Shown: positions 1-12,921 of the stretch, piece after piece | Layout: each line of letters opens with the position of its first letter | How positions within the stretch are numbered: the first letter of the stretch is position 1 | Assembly: GCF_000012925.1 (NCBI RefSeq) | Contig: NC_007517.1 | Location: 1,680,001 to 1,712,000, forward strand | DNA length: 32,000 nucleotides | Origin: Geobacter metallireducens GS-15 | Lineage (GTDB): Bacteria; Desulfobacterota; Desulfuromonadia; Geobacterales; Geobacteraceae | Reading direction: 5' to 3' | Made by a program: the position numbers and the translations under genes | Notes under the pieces: generated by a model | Told to the model about the DNA's origin: nothing | The model's input: the letters and a program-made list of their open reading frames with translations, nothing else | Databases searched by the model: none

Positions 1-2662
<2,662 letters not shown>

Positions 2663-2726
2663 AGGGCATGAATTTGTCAGGTGGCTCTGCTTCAGAACCA
2701 GCAATGTATTGAAAAGAGGTAGGAAC

Positions 2727-3776
2727 GTGAAAAAAGCACTGATTACCGGCATCACCGGTCAGGATGGCTCCTACCTGGCGGAGTTGCTGCTGCAAAAGGG
2801 TTACGAAGTCCACGGCATGATCCGCCGTTCGTCATCCTTTAACACAGGTCGGATTAACCACATCTACCGCGATCCACACGAAAAGGACGTCCGGTTGTTT
2901 TTGCACTATGGTGATCTCAACGACGCCAGTTCCATCAACACCCTGCTGCGCATCGTCCAACCGGACGAGATCTACAATCTTGGTGCCCAGAGCCATGTCC
3001 GGGTCTCATTCGATGTGCCGGAATACACCGGAGAGGTGGATGCCCTGGGAGCGGTACGGATACTCGAGGGAATCCGGGAAACCGGACTTAATACCAGATT
3101 TTATCAGGCGTCATCTTCTGAACTCTATGGAAAGGTCGTTGAGACACCACAGCGTGAATCGACTCCATTTTACCCCCGGTCCCCCTACGGTTGTGCCAAG
3201 GCTTATGCCTACTACATCACCCAGAACTATCGCGAAAGCTACGACATTTACGCCTGCAACGGCATTCTCTTCAATCATGAGTCACCTCGGCGTGGCGAAA
3301 CCTTTGTTACCCGAAAGATCACCCGGGCGGCGGCCCGGATCAAGTTGGGGCTCCAGAACTGTCTCTATCTGGGGAACCTGGATGCAAAACGGGACTGGGG
3401 ATTTGCCGGAGATTACGTTGAAGCGATGTGGCTGATGCTGCAACAGGAGCAGGCGGACGACTATGTTATCGCCACCGGCGAGACCTATATGGTCCGAACC
3501 TTCGCCGAAAAGGTTTTCGCCCGCCTTGGGATGCCGCTTGAATGGGGGGGGAGCGGCGATCGGGAAGAAGGGGTTGACACCGCTACCGGCAAGCCTCTGA
3601 TTCGCGTTGACTCCAAATATTTCCGTCCCGCAGAGGTTGACTTGCTACTGGGAGACCCATCAAAGGCAAAGCGGGTGCTCGGCTGGCAACAGCAGACCAG
3701 CTTTGACCAGTTGGTCGCCATGATGACCGATGCCGATCTGGCGCTGGCAGAGCGGGAAATGCGCGCCAATGGATAA
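2727..3776 (+). CDS. gmd: GDP-mannose 4,6-dehydratase
   Basis: GTG at 2727 follows AGAGGTAGGA. The N-terminus (V)[21 protein letters not shown] is present, with the blocks [25 protein letters not shown] (YxxxK), [22 protein letters not shown] and [13 protein letters not shown]. It aligns by eye along its length with enterobacterial Gmd. Confidence 0.95.
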   Translation: MKKALITGITGQDGSYLAELLLQKGYEVHGMIRRSSSFNTGRINHIYRDPHEKDVRLFLHYGDLNDASSINTLLRIVQPDEIYNLGAQSHVRVSFDVPEYTGEVDALGAVRILEGIRETGLNTRFYQASSSELYGKVVETPQRESTPFYPRSPYGCAKAYAYYITQNYRESYDIYACNGILFNHESPRRGETFVTRKITRAAARIKLGLQNCLYLGNLDAKRDWGFAGDYVEAMWLMLQQEQADDYVIATGETYMVRTFAEKVFARLGMPLEWGGSGDREEGVDTATGKPLIRVDSKYFRPAEVDLLLGDPSKAKRVLGWQQQTSFDQLVAMMTDADLALAEREMRANG

Positions 3777-4935
3777 ATTGAATGTAATGTTTGTGTTCGG
3801 AACTCGCCCCGAGGCCATAAAAATGGCGCCGTTGGTGAAGGAACTGCAGAAGCAAGCCGGACAGTTCAAGACCATAGTCTGTGTATCCGCGCAACATCGG
3901 CAGATGCTCGATCAGGTGCTCCAACTCTTTGACATCAGGCCCGAGTATGATCTCGACATCATGAAGCCGGGGCAGGACCTCTTCGATATCACCAGCAACG
4001 TGCTCCTGGGACTGAAGCCTGTCTTGACGAAAGAACAGCCCGATATCCTGCTTGTCCACGGTGACACCACTACGACAATGTCGGCGGCCCTTGCCGCCTA
4101 CTATTGCCGGATTCCTGTCGGTCATGTTGAAGCAGGGCTGCGAACCTATAATAAATTTTCGCCTTTTCCCGAGGAAATGAATCGCAGAACGGCCGGAGCA
4201 TTGACGGATCTTCACTTCGCACCCACCGAAACTGCCCGTCGAAACCTTCTGAGCGAAGGGGTGGCGGACACTTCTATCTTCGTGACAGGCAATACCGTAA
4301 TTGATGCGCTTTTTTCGGTCATTGGCGAAATCAACGCCAATAGGGAGCTTAAAGAAAGCCTGTCCACCCAATTCCAGTTTCTCGATCCCCATAAGAGGCT
4401 GATACTGGTAACCGGCCATAGAAGAGAAAATTTCGGTGCTGGTTTTGAAAGTATATGCAGGGCTATTGCGCGAATAGCCGAGAGATATCCGGACGTGGAG
4501 ATTCTCTATCCAGTGCATCTGAATCCGAATGTACGTGAACCGGTCAGGCGTCTCCTGGGTAATGGAAAGCTATCCAACGTCCATCTTATCGAACCTGTTG
4601 ATTATCTGCCCTTTGTTTACCTGATGGCTCAATCGTATCTCATCATTACCGATTCCGGTGGCGTGCAGGAAGAGGCCCCATCCCTGGGAAAGCCGGTGCT
4701 CGTGATGCGCGATACCACCGAACGCCCGGAGGCAATTGGTGCCGGAACGGTCAAGCTGGTTGGAACCCGTGAGGAGTCCATTTACCGCGAGGCAGCCCGC
4801 CTACTTGATGCCGCGGACGCGTATCAAGTCATGTCGCAGGCTCTCAATCCGTATGGTGACGGCCGGGCGGCAGAACGAATCGCGAAATGTCTTGCTGATT
4901 TCCCCAACACCTGCATGGGCGGACAGCTGGCATGA
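3769..4935 (+). CDS. wecB: UDP-N-acetylglucosamine 2-epimerase (non-hydrolysing), enterobacterial WecB-like
   Basis: ATG at 3769 overlaps the gmd stop (ATGGATAA); an alternative ATG lies at 3787. Motifs present: [96 protein letters not shown] and NPYGDG. Confidence 0.93.
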   Translation: MDKLNVMFVFGTRPEAIKMAPLVKELQKQAGQFKTIVCVSAQHRQMLDQVLQLFDIRPEYDLDIMKPGQDLFDITSNVLLGLKPVLTKEQPDILLVHGDTTTTMSAALAAYYCRIPVGHVEAGLRTYNKFSPFPEEMNRRTAGALTDLHFAPTETARRNLLSEGVADTSIFVTGNTVIDALFSVIGEINANRELKESLSTQFQFLDPHKRLILVTGHRRENFGAGFESICRAIARIAERYPDVEILYPVHLNPNVREPVRRLLGNGKLSNVHLIEPVDYLPFVYLMAQSYLIITDSGGVQEEAPSLGKPVLVMRDTTERPEAIGAGTVKLVGTREESIYREAARLLDAADAYQVMSQALNPYGDGRAAERIAKCLADFPNTCMGGQLA

Positions 4936-6485
4936 ACATGAATGCGATTATCCTCTCCTGGTGCCCGAATATACTTTCGTCAACCCTGGAGCGTATCAGA
5001 AGCTCCAAGGTTGGCTACCGATTTGCGAAGGGAATGTTCTGGTCTTTGACCGGGTCCTTGATTTCAAAGGGAATGGGGCTTTTATCCTCCATTCTGGTCG
5101 CCAGAATGATAGGAAAATCAGTTTTTGGTGAATTGGGTGTCATTCAGAATACCATCGGGATGCTTGGTACATTTGCGGGGTTTGGTCTGGGATTGACCGC
5201 CACAAAATTTATCGCCGAATATCGGTCTGCGGATCCGGAGAGAGCCGGACGAATCAGGGGGCTTTCAAGCGCATTTGCCTGGGTCACCGGCACACTTGCA
5301 TCATCGGTGCTGTTTATGTTCGCTCCCTGGCTTGCGAAACATACCCTTGCCGCGCCCCACCTTGCAGACCTCCTGCGGATTTGCTCATTGCTTCTGTTTC
5401 TTACTTCGATCAATGGCGCTCAGACCGGCGCGCTTTCCGGTTTCGAGGCATTCAAGACGGTAGCAAGAATCAACCTTTGGTCCGGGTTCGCCAACTTTCC
5501 CTTGATGGTTGGTGGTGTTTATGTCGCAGGGCTCAGGGGCGCGGTGTGGGGGATGATTGCCGCGGCTGGAGTGAACTGGCTGCTCAATCATCTTGCCATC
5601 CGGCGGGAATGCAGAATTGCAGGAGTACCATACACATACAAATCCTGCTGGGAAGAACGGGGAGTACTCTGGCGGTTCAGCCTGCCTTCGGTTATGGGTG
5701 GGGTGCTTATCGGTCCGGTGATGTGGGGTGCAAGCGCATTGCTGGTCAACCAGCCTAACGGCTATGCGGAGATGGGAGTCTACAATGCAGTCATGCGCAT
5801 CAAGCAGGTGCCCGAACTGGTTCTCGGTATGGTCATGGTCCCACTTCTTCCGATTCTGAGCGAACAGTTCGGCAACCGGTCTTTCGGGCAGTACAACAAA
5901 ACCCTGAGATATGCATTCACGTTGTCTCTTCTGGTGCTCGTTCCGGTCTCTCTCGTTCAGATAGCGGTACCTGACGTAACCCTTATGCCCTATGGGAAGG
6001 AATTCAATGGAAACCGTCAGGTAGTGCAGTGGCTGATGATTCATTCCATACTCGTCGGATTGTTCTATCCTTTTGGGACTATTGTGGCGAGTATGAACAG
6101 GATGTGGTTCGGATGGGCTTACAACATGATGTGGAGCGTCTTGTATTTCAGCTGCTCCTATCTGCTGATTCCTGAAAGCGGCGCCAAAGGGCTTTGTATT
6201 GCGTTCTCAATTGCACACCTTGTGTCCTGCATATTCATGACTGTCTATGTCTACTGCAAGGAGCCAGACTATTTTCAGGAATTACCATTCCTTCGATTCG
6301 TATTCATTACTGTTATGGCAGTAGGTATCTGCTTCATAGCTGAAAAAACCATGACTCCCATTCTGTCAGGTTCGATAAGTGCCATTATAATTGTTGTATA
6401 TATAATGTTATTGAAAAATAGTTTAACAAATCCAAGTACAATAAGGACTACTGTCGATGCTGAGACTACCGTTTCCAGTTCGTAA
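4932..6485 (+). CDS. wzx: Polysaccharide/oligosaccharide flippase (MOP superfamily, Wzx-like)
   Basis: 517-aa ORF whose ATG overlaps the wecB stop (ATGA). It is a polytopic membrane protein with about 12 or more hydrophobic segments by eye. The N-terminal block [41 protein letters not shown] is typical of the 'polysaccharide biosynthesis protein' flippase family. It sits in a GT cluster with a Wzy-like gene. Confidence 0.7.
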   Translation: MNMNAIILSWCPNILSSTLERIRSSKVGYRFAKGMFWSLTGSLISKGMGLLSSILVARMIGKSVFGELGVIQNTIGMLGTFAGFGLGLTATKFIAEYRSADPERAGRIRGLSSAFAWVTGTLASSVLFMFAPWLAKHTLAAPHLADLLRICSLLLFLTSINGAQTGALSGFEAFKTVARINLWSGFANFPLMVGGVYVAGLRGAVWGMIAAAGVNWLLNHLAIRRECRIAGVPYTYKSCWEERGVLWRFSLPSVMGGVLIGPVMWGASALLVNQPNGYAEMGVYNAVMRIKQVPELVLGMVMVPLLPILSEQFGNRSFGQYNKTLRYAFTLSLLVLVPVSLVQIAVPDVTLMPYGKEFNGNRQVVQWLMIHSILVGLFYPFGTIVASMNRMWFGWAYNMMWSVLYFSCSYLLIPESGAKGLCIAFSIAHLVSCIFMTVYVYCKEPDYFQELPFLRFVFITVMAVGICFIAEKTMTPILSGSISAIIIVVYIMLLKNSLTNPSTIRTTVDAETTVSSS

Positions 6486-7242
6486 TCCAGTTAAATACAT
6501 ACATTGGTCACTTCATTATGATTATTCCCCGACGGGATGTGAGGTGTTGCCGCGTGAAATAGAGCAGTATTTCCCGCTCATGAGAAAGCTGAGGTCGTTC
6601 AACAGGAATGTGCCGCACTCGGCAAGAATCGATGAGCGTTTCCCCACGGTAGGGTGGGTTAGTTGGGATGAGGCGACCCTTCTCTACAACTACGGAAAAA
6701 TGTTTAACGGCAAGAAGATGCTCGAAATCGGCTGCTGGGTTGGGTGGTCAACCGTCGCTCTGGCGCTGTCCGGACTCAAGTTGACCGTTGTTGACCCTGT
6801 TTTGGAAAACATGCCTCAAGGCGATGCCTGCCGGGATTCTCTTGCTCGCGCCAGGCTCATGAATTCGGTAGATCTGGTGCCCGGGTTTTCCCCTGCAAAG
6901 GTGGAGCAGCTTTCCCGGCAGGGAGAATCGTGGGATATCTTTTTTATTGACGGCAATCATGATGGCGATGCGCCGTTGCAGGACGCCAGGATGTGCGCGG
7001 AGTTAGCACCGGAAGACAGCATTATCCTTCTTCATGATCTGATTCAGCCAAACATCGCCGAAGCTCTGCTCTGGCTCCAGAATAATGGCTGGCAATGCGG
7101 CGTCCATTACACATCGATGTTCATGGGAGTTGCCTGGCGCGGGAATCGAAAGCCGATACAGCATACTGCGGATCCCAGGATAAACTGGCAGAAATTGATC
7201 GATGGATCCTATCCCCATCTTCGCTCCTTTCAACGGATATAG
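6457..7242 (+). CDS. Class I SAM-dependent methyltransferase (Methyltransf_24/CmcI-like), probable glycan O-methyltransferase
   Basis: Motif I-like MLEIGCWVGWSTVALA is preceded by GWVSWDEATLLYNYG. FFIDGNHDGDAPLQD and IILLHDL are as in sugar/macrolide O-methyltransferase-like proteins. The start is uncertain: ATG 6457 overlaps wzx by 29 nt, and an alternative ATG lies at 6580. Confidence 0.65.
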   Translation: MLRLPFPVRNPVKYIHWSLHYDYSPTGCEVLPREIEQYFPLMRKLRSFNRNVPHSARIDERFPTVGWVSWDEATLLYNYGKMFNGKKMLEIGCWVGWSTVALALSGLKLTVVDPVLENMPQGDACRDSLARARLMNSVDLVPGFSPAKVEQLSRQGESWDIFFIDGNHDGDAPLQDARMCAELAPEDSIILLHDLIQPNIAEALLWLQNNGWQCGVHYTSMFMGVAWRGNRKPIQHTADPRINWQKLIDGSYPHLRSFQRI

Positions 7243-7253
7243 CTGGGTCCTCA

Positions 7254-8375
7254 ATGAGAATTGCTTACATAGTCACAGATCTTGGACGTGGAGGGACGCA
7301 AGGCTGGGTGGAGTATTCCGCCTTGGAACTGGTGAAATATGGCCATTCCATTACCATAATAGCCGAAAACACGCCGCACGACAGGAAAGCAAAATTTGAA
7401 GAACATGGAATAGTAGTGCGCGCCTTTGAGAGACCTGCAAGCCGCTCAGATTATTGCCGGATAATTCAGGAAGCTCGCGCCGACGTAATCCATTTGCATG
7501 TTTGGGAACGGTTTTCCGAACTGATTCAGTTGCGCGAACTATGCAATGTCCCTGTTTTGCTCTCGTACCACAGTGTTCCTAAAATCGGTTGGAAACAGTG
7601 GGTTGCAAGGATAATCAAGCCATCTGTCAACCACTGGGATATGTACGACTGGTTCACTCTAAAACAGGCACGACAGTATATAGATGCTCATATTGGCTGC
7701 TGCAAAGCCTCTGCCGGAGGAATCCGCAATAAATACTGGCCGTTTATGGGGAAACGGGTTTTTCCCCTTCCCAATGCAATACCTTTTCCCGAAGCGAATA
7801 TGGCGAGTGTCATCAGCGGTCCGCCCAAATTCCTGCAGGTCGGGGCACTGAATGAACGGAAAAATCCGTTTCTGACCTTGAAGGCCTTTCACAATATTCA
7901 ACGTCGCATTTCGGATTCGACCCTTACCTTCGTGGGCGGCGGCCCCCTCTTTGAGGAATTGAAGGGGTATGTTCACCAGATGGGTGTCGAGAACGTGTTC
8001 CTTGTTGGAGAAGTGCAGGATCCGAGCCCCTATTACATGGCAAGCAACATCCTGGTCCAACCGAGCAGGTCTGAAGGGCTGCCGTATACGCTCATAGAAG
8101 GTGCCGGGCGCGGAATGGCGCTTATCGCATCGAACGTGGATGGAAATCCGGAAATCTGCATTGCGAAACGGAATGGTCTTCTATTGCCGGATATAAGTGA
8201 AAATGCCTTGCAGGAGGCAATGCTCAATTTGGCACTGAATCATGAAGAAAGAAGCCGAATGGGTAGTTGTGGACGGAGACTCGTCGAAGAGAATTTCAGC
8301 ATGAAGCTGTTCGTAAAAAGGCTTCTCAAAATTTACGAGACAGTAATAGAGCGTAAGCCATGTCCAGCCAGTTAA
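7254..8375 (+). CDS. Glycosyltransferase family 4 (GT-B fold)
   Basis: ATG at 7254 gives MRIAYIVTDLGRGGTQGW, a typical GT4 N-terminus. C-terminal E-x7-E region: VQPSRSEGLPYTLIEGAGRGMALIASNVDGNPEI..NGLL. The ORF-track start at 7095 overlaps the methyltransferase gene and is rejected. Confidence 0.85.
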   Translation: MRIAYIVTDLGRGGTQGWVEYSALELVKYGHSITIIAENTPHDRKAKFEEHGIVVRAFERPASRSDYCRIIQEARADVIHLHVWERFSELIQLRELCNVPVLLSYHSVPKIGWKQWVARIIKPSVNHWDMYDWFTLKQARQYIDAHIGCCKASAGGIRNKYWPFMGKRVFPLPNAIPFPEANMASVISGPPKFLQVGALNERKNPFLTLKAFHNIQRRISDSTLTFVGGGPLFEELKGYVHQMGVENVFLVGEVQDPSPYYMASNILVQPSRSEGLPYTLIEGAGRGMALIASNVDGNPEICIAKRNGLLLPDISENALQEAMLNLALNHEERSRMGSCGRRLVEENFSMKLFVKRLLKIYETVIERKPCPAS

Positions 8376-9220
8376 ATCACGGCACGTTGCCAAAAATTTC
8401 GATTGTTACCCCCAGTTACAACCAGGCCCAGTATCTCGAAGCCACCATGAGATCCATCCTGGATCAGGGGTATCCTGATCTGGAATACATAGTCATGGAC
8501 GGTGGAAGTACCGATGGTTCGACCGAGATCATACAAAAATATTCAGATCGCCTGACCTACTGGGAAAGCGCTCCGGATAAGGGGCAAGCGGATGCCATAT
8601 TCCGTGGATTCGAGCGGGCCACGGGTGAAATTTTCTGCTACGTCAATTCAGATGATCTGCTTTTGCCGGGTTCCCTGGAAATGGTTGGCAGATGGTTCAG
8701 GGAGCATCCCGACGAAGAGTGGGTGGTCGGCGGAACGATACTGATCGATGGGTTGGGCATACCGATCATCCGTTCGCGCAGGGGGCTTCCCGAGGCTGAT
8801 CTCGGCGTCAAAGTCACCTTCAAGCGCCTTTTGCTGCACAATTGCGGCGGATTTCATCAGCCGGCGAGCTTCTGGAGGCGCAGCGCATTCGAGCAAGCAG
8901 GGGGCTTCGACAGGACCCTGCGCTTCTGTTTTGATTACGACTTATTTTTCCGCTTGGCCAAGCGCAGGCCGAGCGGCCGGATACGGTCTTTTCTGGCTGC
9001 CTTCCGTTATCACCCGGCGAGCAAAACCAGCACCCTGGAAAGCGTATTTCGTGAAGAGAATGAAACGCTTTGGAGGCGGTATGGAAGGTATTTGTATTCA
9101 GAAAATCAGATAAGGAATTTCGCCCATAAACAAACTACTCGCGATATGTGGAACAACAGGATCATAAAGTTAGGATTTTATTTAAAGATTCTCAATGTAT
9201 CAAATGCGATTGGATCGTAA
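8360..9220 (+). CDS. Glycosyltransferase family 2
   Basis: ISIVTPSYNQAQYLEATMRSILDQGYPDLEYIVMDGGSTDGSTEII is followed by a DxD-type VNSDDLL. The ATG overlaps the upstream GT4 gene by 16 nt. Confidence 0.85.
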   Translation: MSSQLNHGTLPKISIVTPSYNQAQYLEATMRSILDQGYPDLEYIVMDGGSTDGSTEIIQKYSDRLTYWESAPDKGQADAIFRGFERATGEIFCYVNSDDLLLPGSLEMVGRWFREHPDEEWVVGGTILIDGLGIPIIRSRRGLPEADLGVKVTFKRLLLHNCGGFHQPASFWRRSAFEQAGGFDRTLRFCFDYDLFFRLAKRRPSGRIRSFLAAFRYHPASKTSTLESVFREENETLWRRYGRYLYSENQIRNFAHKQTTRDMWNNRIIKLGFYLKILNVSNAIGS

Positions 9221-9241
9221 CTTACCTTTGAAGGGAATTAG

Positions 9242-10594
9242 ATGTTAACGTTTTTTGTCATATTTATCGGCATAGTGACATTATTTAAACCTATTGTCGG
9301 AATTATATCTTTATTGTTATTGGAATGTTCATTTGTTCTGCCGTCTGTGTTCACAAATGTCAGCTTTATTGTCACAGGCACGAGCTCTGCAACCATACTT
9401 ATATTATGTTTGTTTATTCGTGCAATTATTAGTTATAAATCTAAAACTGTAAATAAATTCGATGCACGATTGTTAATAATATTGATTGGCTGGTTGTTTG
9501 CATCAGCTAGTCTTGCTTTTCTGATTAACCAATCAACCAAATGGGATCTGATTACTGTCACTTTGCAAACTGCAATATTTTATATTTTGCCTTTAGCAGT
9601 CTCAACCCTTTCAGCTAAAGAACGAAAATTGCTGGCAAACATTACTATTTTGTTAGCTGTGTTGTTTGCTCTAATCCACCTCGGCATATTATGGACAAAA
9701 AATGGAAAGCTGGTTGCAAAATACTATTTCCTGCCAAAGGGGATGAATGATGCTTACGGAGTATCCGAAAACATAGCCACCAGTTCTGGGATGTTCTATG
9801 TACCTAGGGCGTCAGCGTTGATAATGATAACAACTGCATTTCTGGCGGGCAGAATTTTGCTTAAATCATACAAAAATGTTTTCGGATTATTCTTGCTGCT
9901 GTCATCTTTGGTTATTTGTCTCATATGTTCAATATCGTTTGCGCAACGGTCTTTCGTGTTGATATTGCCTTTAGTTATGCTGATCTATGCGGGACTTTCC
10001 TTTAAGAGAAGGGGGGGCATAGCCACTGTATTTGTCATGATCATACTGGTTGGTGGTGGATATGCAGTTATCAGGAATGCGTCAGCAAAGTCGAATTTTA
10101 CTGCAGTGATGGAAAAGCGGCTTGCAGAAGCTGCCAAAGTGGGAAGTCTGGACCCAAGGAATGCAAGGATTGCTGCAAACCGCGATGCTCTCGAATCTAT
10201 TGTAGAATCACCCTTATGGGGGATCGGCTCAATCGTTTCGAGCACAAGAAGCCAGGATGCGCATAGTATCCTGCGGGTAGGCTTTATGGGGGGACTACCG
10301 GCAATTCTTATGGTTTTGGTTTGGATATCTACTCAATTCTTAAGGTTTGCCAAATTGTTGAAAAAATGTGGTGAACCAAATCTGGGGCTTTGTCTGTCTG
10401 CATTCTGCGCAGTAATGTGCGCCTGCTTGATGATGCTGCTGAACACGGTTCCATACCTGTTTTATTCAATGAATCTGGTCCCGTTCGGCATTTTCGTCGG
10501 GCTGTTCATAAGTGAGTACACAGATATGGCAAACAGCAGAATGAGGAATGATAGTGTCAAAGAACCTTTTGATACATACGTTTCGCCGGCCTGA
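9242..10594 (+). CDS. wzy: O-antigen polymerase / O-antigen-ligase-like polytopic membrane protein (Wzy_C family)
   Basis: 450 aa with about 10-12 hydrophobic segments. One large hydrophilic loop carries SPLWGIGS..SQDAHSILRVGFMGGLPA, the G-x-G...H...G-G signature of the Wzy_C/O-antigen ligase family. AT-rich gene. GAAGGGA lies upstream of the ATG. Confidence 0.7.
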   Translation: MLTFFVIFIGIVTLFKPIVGIISLLLLECSFVLPSVFTNVSFIVTGTSSATILILCLFIRAIISYKSKTVNKFDARLLIILIGWLFASASLAFLINQSTKWDLITVTLQTAIFYILPLAVSTLSAKERKLLANITILLAVLFALIHLGILWTKNGKLVAKYYFLPKGMNDAYGVSENIATSSGMFYVPRASALIMITTAFLAGRILLKSYKNVFGLFLLLSSLVICLICSISFAQRSFVLILPLVMLIYAGLSFKRRGGIATVFVMIILVGGGYAVIRNASAKSNFTAVMEKRLAEAAKVGSLDPRNARIAANRDALESIVESPLWGIGSIVSSTRSQDAHSILRVGFMGGLPAILMVLVWISTQFLRFAKLLKKCGEPNLGLCLSAFCAVMCACLMMLLNTVPYLFYSMNLVPFGIFVGLFISEYTDMANSRMRNDSVKEPFDTYVSPA

Positions 10595-11789
10595 TGACGG
10601 CGCCTTTATCAGGGTTAAAAATCTCAATACGGCTATTGCTGAAATAACTGCTGGACATTGCCACGAGGTAGTCCTTGTGTCAGTGCGTCACTTTCGCGAA
10701 ATCTTTAAGAACGATAGAAATACGCGAATTTTCGAACGGAGACTTATTCTCCCTATCCTCTGGACAAACCGTCATCTTCTTGCACGCACATGGAATGGTT
10801 TCAGTTCATGTATTGCAGGCTTGATTCTTGCCACCTTCTTGCGGCCTGACATTGTTGTCGGGGAAACCAGCGCGTCGTGGAAACTGGCCAAGGCAACCAA
10901 GTTTTGGCGGCAGAGAGCCAAACTGATAATGGACCTCCACGGCGCAGGGCCTGAAGAGGTGTTATTCCATAATCCAACGTCAAAACTACATGAATCCGTT
11001 TACAGCTATGAGTCTAGGCTGGAGCAAGAAATAGCTCTTAATGCTGATTTTATCACTTGTCAGTCTGTCAACATGATTGAACATCTAATAATAAAGTATC
11101 CTGCGACACGTGCCCGGTTCCATCCGTTTCAATGCTCTGTGAGATCAGAGCTCTTCAGGATGGATCTTGATACGCGATCATATTACAGGCAAAAGCTTCA
11201 GTTGAATGACGGTGAAACCTTGTTCGTGTATTGTGGTTCCGTTCATAAGTGGCAGAACGTGCATTACTCAGTAAACGTTTTTGCCGAGTATCTCAAGTGC
11301 TCCGCAACTGCTGCCAAATTGTTGATCATGTGTCCGAATCCGGATGCTGAGCTTTGCAATCATGCCTATTCGCTTGGTTTGTCCGATGATGATTTCAGAA
11401 TAATTGCAGTCCCCCATGAAGAAGTGCCTGCTTATCTTAACGCTGCAGACATCGGATTTTTGATCCGGGATGATGGCGTCGTAAATCGAGTCGCTTCGCC
11501 GACAAAACTCGGAGAATATCTTGCCTGTGGCCTTTCGGTTATTGTTGGCAATGTTGCAAATTCATGGTCGTCCGCCAGGCTTGATTCATCATGCTTCTGC
11601 TTTGTTGATCTTGACAATGCGGCTGGAGCAGCAAATACAATCCTTCGATTTGTGGATTCAAAAAGCGATGACCCTATGTCAGTCAAGCAAAGTGCCACCT
11701 CACTCGCCGGACTTTCATTGTCCACCACGACAGAGACTGAGCGGTTGAAAATGTTCATGAAGCACAGTGTTATGGAGCAGATTTCTTGA
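10548..11789 (+). CDS. Divergent GT-B fold glycosyltransferase (GT4/GT1-like)
   Basis: N-terminal KNLLIHTF beta-strand start, mid-protein ETLFVYCGSVHKWQN, and C-terminal nucleotide-sugar binding-like VASPTKLGEYLACGLSVIV. The start (ATG 10548 or GTG 10554) overlaps wzy by about 41-47 nt. Confidence 0.6.
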   Translation: MIVSKNLLIHTFRRPDDGAFIRVKNLNTAIAEITAGHCHEVVLVSVRHFREIFKNDRNTRIFERRLILPILWTNRHLLARTWNGFSSCIAGLILATFLRPDIVVGETSASWKLAKATKFWRQRAKLIMDLHGAGPEEVLFHNPTSKLHESVYSYESRLEQEIALNADFITCQSVNMIEHLIIKYPATRARFHPFQCSVRSELFRMDLDTRSYYRQKLQLNDGETLFVYCGSVHKWQNVHYSVNVFAEYLKCSATAAKLLIMCPNPDAELCNHAYSLGLSDDDFRIIAVPHEEVPAYLNAADIGFLIRDDGVVNRVASPTKLGEYLACGLSVIVGNVANSWSSARLDSSCFCFVDLDNAAGAANTILRFVDSKSDDPMSVKQSATSLAGLSLSTTTETERLKMFMKHSVMEQIS

Positions 11790-12910
11790 GAATAGCCCTT
11801 GTAACAAATACATTTCTACCTTTAACGGGTGGAGGAGAATTCGTTGTCCATCATCTTGGCAACCAATGGAGCATGCAGGGACATGATGTCTGCGTATTCA
11901 ATTCATTGACGGCAGAGGTTGCTCACCCTGAGGCTCTTTATAAGGTAATGCGTTATAAGATCATGCGCGGCGCAACGCGATTCGGTTATCATAGATTCCC
12001 ATGGGTAAATGTCAGCACAAGAAGTTTGAACAGACAGATAAACTACTTTAATCCTGATTTTGTATCAGGACATTTTTCTATTCCTGTAGCTTTGTATCTT
12101 GATAATTTGAAGCCAAAACGAATCTGGAGTATTACCAGCCACGGTTCCGATATTGTGCGTAATGACGTAAACTCACAACGCGACCAGTACGATATTGACA
12201 ACAAACTGGCAAATTCCCTCAATAATGCAAGTTCAGTAATTGCCATCAGTAACAGTGCAAAAGCTAATTTGTTGGATATTGGAGTAAAACCTTCGCTCAT
12301 ACGAGTAATACCAAATGGCGTAGAGCTGAATAGATTTAAAACTAAGGCAAATACAAATATCAGGGAGATGTTCAATATCCCCGAACATAAAAAATTGGTA
12401 TTAACCGTTGGCAGGAACTCTCTGGTTAAAAACCTTGGACTTGGGATAAATGCTGTCGCTGAAATTGCAAAATCAAGAAGCGACATACATTATCTGATAG
12501 TAGGCGGTGGTACATCACAATTGAACGAAACAATTATTAATAGAGGGTTACGCGACACCGTTACGACATGTGAAAACCTTGCTGGCGAAAGTCTAGTAGC
12601 GGCATATCAGCAGTCCGACATCTTTCTGTCAACCTCCAATTATGAATGCTGTCCGTTGGTCATACTTGAGGCCATGGCTTCAGGATTACCAATAGTCGCA
12701 ACTCAAGTGGCCGGTAATGTCGATTTGATAGATAACGAGGTGAACGGCCTCTTGGTGGGACGCAATAATCATATGCACATAGTCAATGCTATTACAATGC
12801 TGATAGCAGATAAACGCCTCTGCCATAGTATATCGACCACAAACTATGATAAAGTCAGCGACTATAGCTGGGATACTGTCAGCCGGAGTTATCTGGAACT
12901 TCTTCAATAG
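11786..12910 (+). CDS. Glycosyltransferase family 4
   Basis: TTG start overlapping the upstream stop (TTGA) gives (M)RIALVTNTFLPLTGGGEFVVHHL. C-terminal region: STSNYECCPLVILEAMASGLPIVATQVAGNVDLIDNEVNGLLV. Confidence 0.85.
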   Translation: MRIALVTNTFLPLTGGGEFVVHHLGNQWSMQGHDVCVFNSLTAEVAHPEALYKVMRYKIMRGATRFGYHRFPWVNVSTRSLNRQINYFNPDFVSGHFSIPVALYLDNLKPKRIWSITSHGSDIVRNDVNSQRDQYDIDNKLANSLNNASSVIAISNSAKANLLDIGVKPSLIRVIPNGVELNRFKTKANTNIREMFNIPEHKKLVLTVGRNSLVKNLGLGINAVAEIAKSRSDIHYLIVGGGTSQLNETIINRGLRDTVTTCENLAGESLVAAYQQSDIFLSTSNYECCPLVILEAMASGLPIVATQVAGNVDLIDNEVNGLLVGRNNHMHIVNAITMLIADKRLCHSISTTNYDKVSDYSWDTVSRSYLELLQ

Positions 12911-12921
12911 AATCTTAACCC

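Noticed and set aside
3583-4518. Other long antisense or alternate-frame ORFs: 3583-4518(-), 1967-2755(-), 5385-6044(-), 14630-15205(-), 20914-21396(-), and the + strand ORFs at 31178-31965
   Set aside because: All overlap confidently assigned genes on the other strand or frame and show no family motifs or translation signals.
6401-6406. Perfect TATAAT within a very AT-rich patch (about 6360-6450) at the 3' end of wzx
   Set aside because: No acceptable -35 element lies 16-18 nt upstream. The patch simply encodes the hydrophobic/Asn/Lys-rich C-terminus of the flippase.
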